From Candidatus Kerfeldbacteria bacterium (GTDB lineage Bacteria > Patescibacteriota > Patescibacteriia > SBBC01 > CAIJZX01): a stretch of DNA of 64,000 bases. Below, piece by piece: positions 61,544-64,000 of this stretch. Each line of letters opens with the position of its first letter. The first letter of the stretch is position 1. A program made the position numbers and the translations under genes. The notes under the pieces are model-generated. The model ran no database searches. It was not told where the DNA came from and was given only the letters and a program-made list of their open reading frames with translations. The stretch lies in assembly GCA_016193315.1 (NCBI GenBank), contig JACPSJ010000001.1:727478-791477 (forward strand), given 5' to 3'.

Positions 61544-61708
61544 ATGAGCCAAAAAACCACCCCTTGCACCCCAAACTCCCCTCCGCTATACTGATTTCCA
61601 GATTCTGCCATCGTTGACTAGTAATCCCCACCACAATTCAGACTAGGTGCTCGACACCCCTCAGTAATGCTGGGTCGAGCGCCCTGAGCCAGTGCTCGGG
61701 CATCGTTC

Positions 61709-62269
61709 TTGGACCTCCCTCGCGGAGGGCCTGGTTTAGCATTTAGACTGTCAGCTATTCCACCGAAACGCTACAGAGTAAACCAGCAGATTCGCGTGCC
61801 GCAGGTCGTCGTCATTGACGATCAAGCGAAGCATCTGGGCGAGATGGACACCGTCCAGGCCCTGGCCCTGGCCCAGGAGCGGGGTTTGGATTTAGTCGAG
61901 GTGGCGCCGATGGCTCGGCCACCAGTCTGCAAAATCCTCGATTTCGGGGCGTTCATCTACCAGCAGGAGCGGCAGCAACGGAAAGCGCGGGCCGGGCAGA
62001 AGAAAGTCGACCTCAAGGGGGTCCGCCTCACCTTCGGCATCGGTCACCACGACCGGGAACGCCAACGCCTCTTGGCGCTCAAATTCCTCGAGGAAGGCCA
62101 TAAAGTCCAGGTAGAATTGCGTCTCCGCGGCCGCCAGAATGCCCATCGTCAACTCGCTCAGAAAAACGTTGGCCAGTTCATCACTGATCTTGGTGATCAG
62201 GTGGTGACCGAACAACCTATCAACATCCTCGGCAATCGGATTACGGCAATTGTGGGGAGAAAGAAATAA
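61709..62269 (+). CDS. infC: translation initiation factor IF-3
   Basis: …[48 protein letters not shown]… The true start may be a downstream non-ATG codon (ATT before IPPKRYRVN), as is common for infC. Confidence 0.8.
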   Translation: [186 protein letters not shown]

Positions 62270-62354
62270 TTCTCCCCATCGCGCGCCCACGGTGGGCCGA
62301 AGGTTTGGCCCCGTCCTTGACGTCAATTAGTTGATTCGGTATTATTGCCCTCTC

Positions 62355-62552
62355 ATGCCCAAACTCAAGACCCACCAAGCCACCGCCAAGCGCGTCCGGT
62401 TCACCGGTCGCTCCCGTTTGTTGAAGCGCAAAGCCGGGCAGGATCATTTCAACGCCCGCGAATCCGGCGTGACGACGATGCGGAAACGCCGAGACGTGTC
62501 GCTCCACCCAGCTGACGCCAAGGCGGCTCGCCGGCTTGCCCCCTATCGCTAG
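62355..62552 (+). CDS. rpmI: 50S ribosomal protein L35
   Basis: MPKLKTHQATAKRVRFTGRS… Start placed at the internal M of the track ORF. Confidence 0.85.
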   Translation: MPKLKTHQATAKRVRFTGRSRLLKRKAGQDHFNARESGVTTMRKRRDVSLHPADAKAARRLAPYR

Positions 62553-62563
62553 ATTCTTGCGCT

Positions 62564-62908
62564 ATGAGAGTCAAGCGGGGAGTCACACACCTTCGGCGCC
62601 GAAAGCGCCTGTTGAAGTTGACGAAAGGCTACCGCTGGCGTCGAAAAACTTCGATCCGTCTGGCCCGCCAAGCGGCCATTCGCGCCGGTCAGCACGCGTA
62701 CCGTCACCGCCGGCTGAAGAAACGGGACTTCCGGGGCTTGTGGCAAATCCGTATTAACGCCGCCGTCCGGCCGTTTGGCTTGAACTACAGTCAGTTCATC
62801 CATAAACTCAAGAACGCTCAGGTCGAGGTCGATCGGAAAATCTTGGCCCAGTTGGCGGTCGAGCAGCCCGAGGTTTTTCGGGCCATCGTTCAGAAGATCA
62901 AGAGTTAG
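62564..62908 (+). CDS. rplT: 50S ribosomal protein L20
   Basis: MRVKRGVTHLRRRKRLLKLTKGYRWRR…. Confidence 0.9.
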   Translation: MRVKRGVTHLRRRKRLLKLTKGYRWRRKTSIRLARQAAIRAGQHAYRHRRLKKRDFRGLWQIRINAAVRPFGLNYSQFIHKLKNAQVEVDRKILAQLAVEQPEVFRAIVQKIKS

Positions 62909-63083
62909 ACGGGTATCCAAAGACAGCTTACAGCCTTGTGGCTGAGGGTTGTTTGTAGTGGGCCCGAACCCGCACCAGGCCCTTGACTTGATCGGGGGTG
63001 CGCAGCAATCTCTCCCCCGTGACCCCGTATGGTTCTCGCTTCGCTCGAACCATGGGGCAGGCAAGAGGGCTCGTTTCGCTCTG

Positions 63084-63158
63084 CGGACCCAAGGGGATTT
63101 GAACCCCTGATCTTCTCCGTGACAGGGAGACGTGTTAACCGGGCTACACTATGGGTCC
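63084..63158 (-). tRNA. tRNA-Asp(GUC)
   Basis: Minus strand: GGACCCA-TA-GTGT-AGCCCGGTTA-ACAC-G-TCTCC-CTGTCAC-GGAGA-AGATC-AGGGG-TTCAAAT-CCCCT-TGGGTCC-G. CCA not encoded. Coordinates ±2. Confidence 0.7.
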
Positions 63159-63640
63159 GCAGAGCGGATGAACTTTGCTGCGTGCCTCGCCCGTAAATTC
63201 GCGTTAGCGAATTGTACGGGCTTAACCACTACACCAACGGTCCGCATGAAGCGGGACAGGCCGGGAGACTCTAGATAAAAAGAATGGAGACGTGCGTCAG
63301 TCCCGCACCCGAGTGAAACGAGCGGTGCGGGATTAACCGGACTACAGTATGGGTCCGCGTTTGCGCCAGGTTCTTCTTGGCATGCCTGGCCCGTAGACCG
63401 GCGCGCGGCGACGGCTGTACGGAGCTAGCTGGGTTTCATTACGACACACTCTGCGAGCCATCACCGGCCTGGAAATTTGGCAGGGCGATTGTAGCATGGA
63501 AGTCGACATCCGTCCAGCCGCCTAGCAAACGCAAACCAGACCGGGCCGGAAACGTAGGCCGCCGGGTCCAACCACTATCCCAACCACCAGCCCACGGAGA
63601 TCGACGACTATTGCCCACCACCCTCGGCCGTGTATTTCAA

Positions 63641-63669
63641 TCGACACGTCTAATCGCTTATCGTATACT
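63641..63669 (+). promoter_or_regulatory. sigma70-like promoter (TCGACA-17-TATACT)
   Basis: tcgaca cgtctaatcgcttatcg tatact. 20 nt upstream of the pilM-like ATG. Confidence 0.4.
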
Positions 63670-63689
63670 GGAAACGCGGCTTCGAAGAC

Positions 63690-64000
63690 ATGAACCTCTC
63701 GTCGCTATTTCTCAACGAACAACCTATTGCCGGTCTTGAGGTCAGAGACACCTGCCTCCGATTGGCCCTGCTATCAACTCCTGGCGGCAAACCCCAGGGT
63801 GCGCAACTGCGGGCCGTGGCCGAAGAAAACCTGCCGGTCGGAGTTATCCGGCAGGGCGTGCTTCACGATCCGCGTTCGTTTGCCCAATCCCTCAAGAGAC
63901 TGAGGGCCAGGGCGGGCGCGAGGATTCGCTATGTCATCCTATCCTTACCGGCCGACGTCGTCTACAGCCGGGTCTTTTCTCTCCCCGGTACCCTCGACGC
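63690..64000 (+). CDS. pilM: type IV pilus assembly ATPase-like protein PilM (N-terminal fragment, continues past window end)
   Basis: MNLSSLFLNEQPIAGLEVRDTCLRLALL…LPVGVIRQGVLHDPRSFAQSLKRL…RYVILSLPADVVYSRVFSLP matches the PilM/FtsA-like N-terminal actin-fold pattern. No stop in window, hence absent from the ORF track. Confidence 0.5.
   Translation, partial: MNLSSLFLNEQPIAGLEVRDTCLRLALLSTPGGKPQGAQLRAVAEENLPVGVIRQGVLHDPRSFAQSLKRLRARAGARIRYVILSLPADVVYSRVFSLPGTLD

Noticed and set aside
62549-63064. 171-aa minus-strand ORF
   Set aside because: Antisense to rplT (ribosomal protein L20), which is unambiguous. Its 3' part also overlaps the tRNA-Asp locus.

Overview
This 64 kb window is a high-GC (about 58-60%), tightly packed bacterial chromosomal segment. 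Most genes run on the minus strand and several have 4-nt ATGA stop/start overlaps.

Core content:
- Aminoacyl-tRNA synthetases: pheS/pheT, metG, glyS (single-chain type), ileS, argS.
- Information and repair genes: gyrB, recO, smpB with a tmRNA (ssrA) that is not in the ORF track, infC-rpmI-rplT, rsmI, tatD, rmuC, and an AddA/RecB-like helicase-nuclease.
- A complete F1Fo ATP synthase operon (atpZ-BEF-[HD]-HAGDC).
- Envelope and lipid genes: murJ, two GT4 glycosyltransferases, an M23 peptidase, a CDP-alcohol phosphatidyltransferase, a CarS/DUF46-like protein, and a pilM fragment at the window end.
- An M16 peptidase, an AI-2E transporter and an ABC exporter.

The gene-overlap style and DUF2207/CarS-like content resemble reduced-genome (CPR/Patescibacteria-like) bacteria. 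I cannot assign taxonomy from sequence alone.

No rRNA, CRISPR array, integrase or transposase gene was seen.

Most unusual observations:
1. ileS carries an in-frame cofactor-dependent phosphoglycerate mutase / histidine phosphatase domain (RHG motif, ~200 aa) bracketed by two CxxC pairs.
2. A ClpC-type double AAA+ unfoldase carries an N-terminal zinc ribbon plus two transmembrane helices, with a small Trp-rich membrane protein encoded immediately upstream.
3. A tRNA-Thr(CGU) gene has intact acceptor, D and anticodon arms, but its T-loop is split by a ~100-nt structured insertion. A neighbouring tRNA-like element has a ~115-nt excess. A 27-nt hairpin from the tRNA-Thr insert recurs about 23 kb away inside a ~390-nt highly structured, non-coding intergenic region.
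4. AT-rich in-frame Thr-Asn (ACGAAT/CTACGAAT) repeat insertions occur in three unrelated genes, and gyrB has an AT-rich insert domain.
5. An intact tRNA-Asp is preceded by two tandem tRNA-like 5' fragments.
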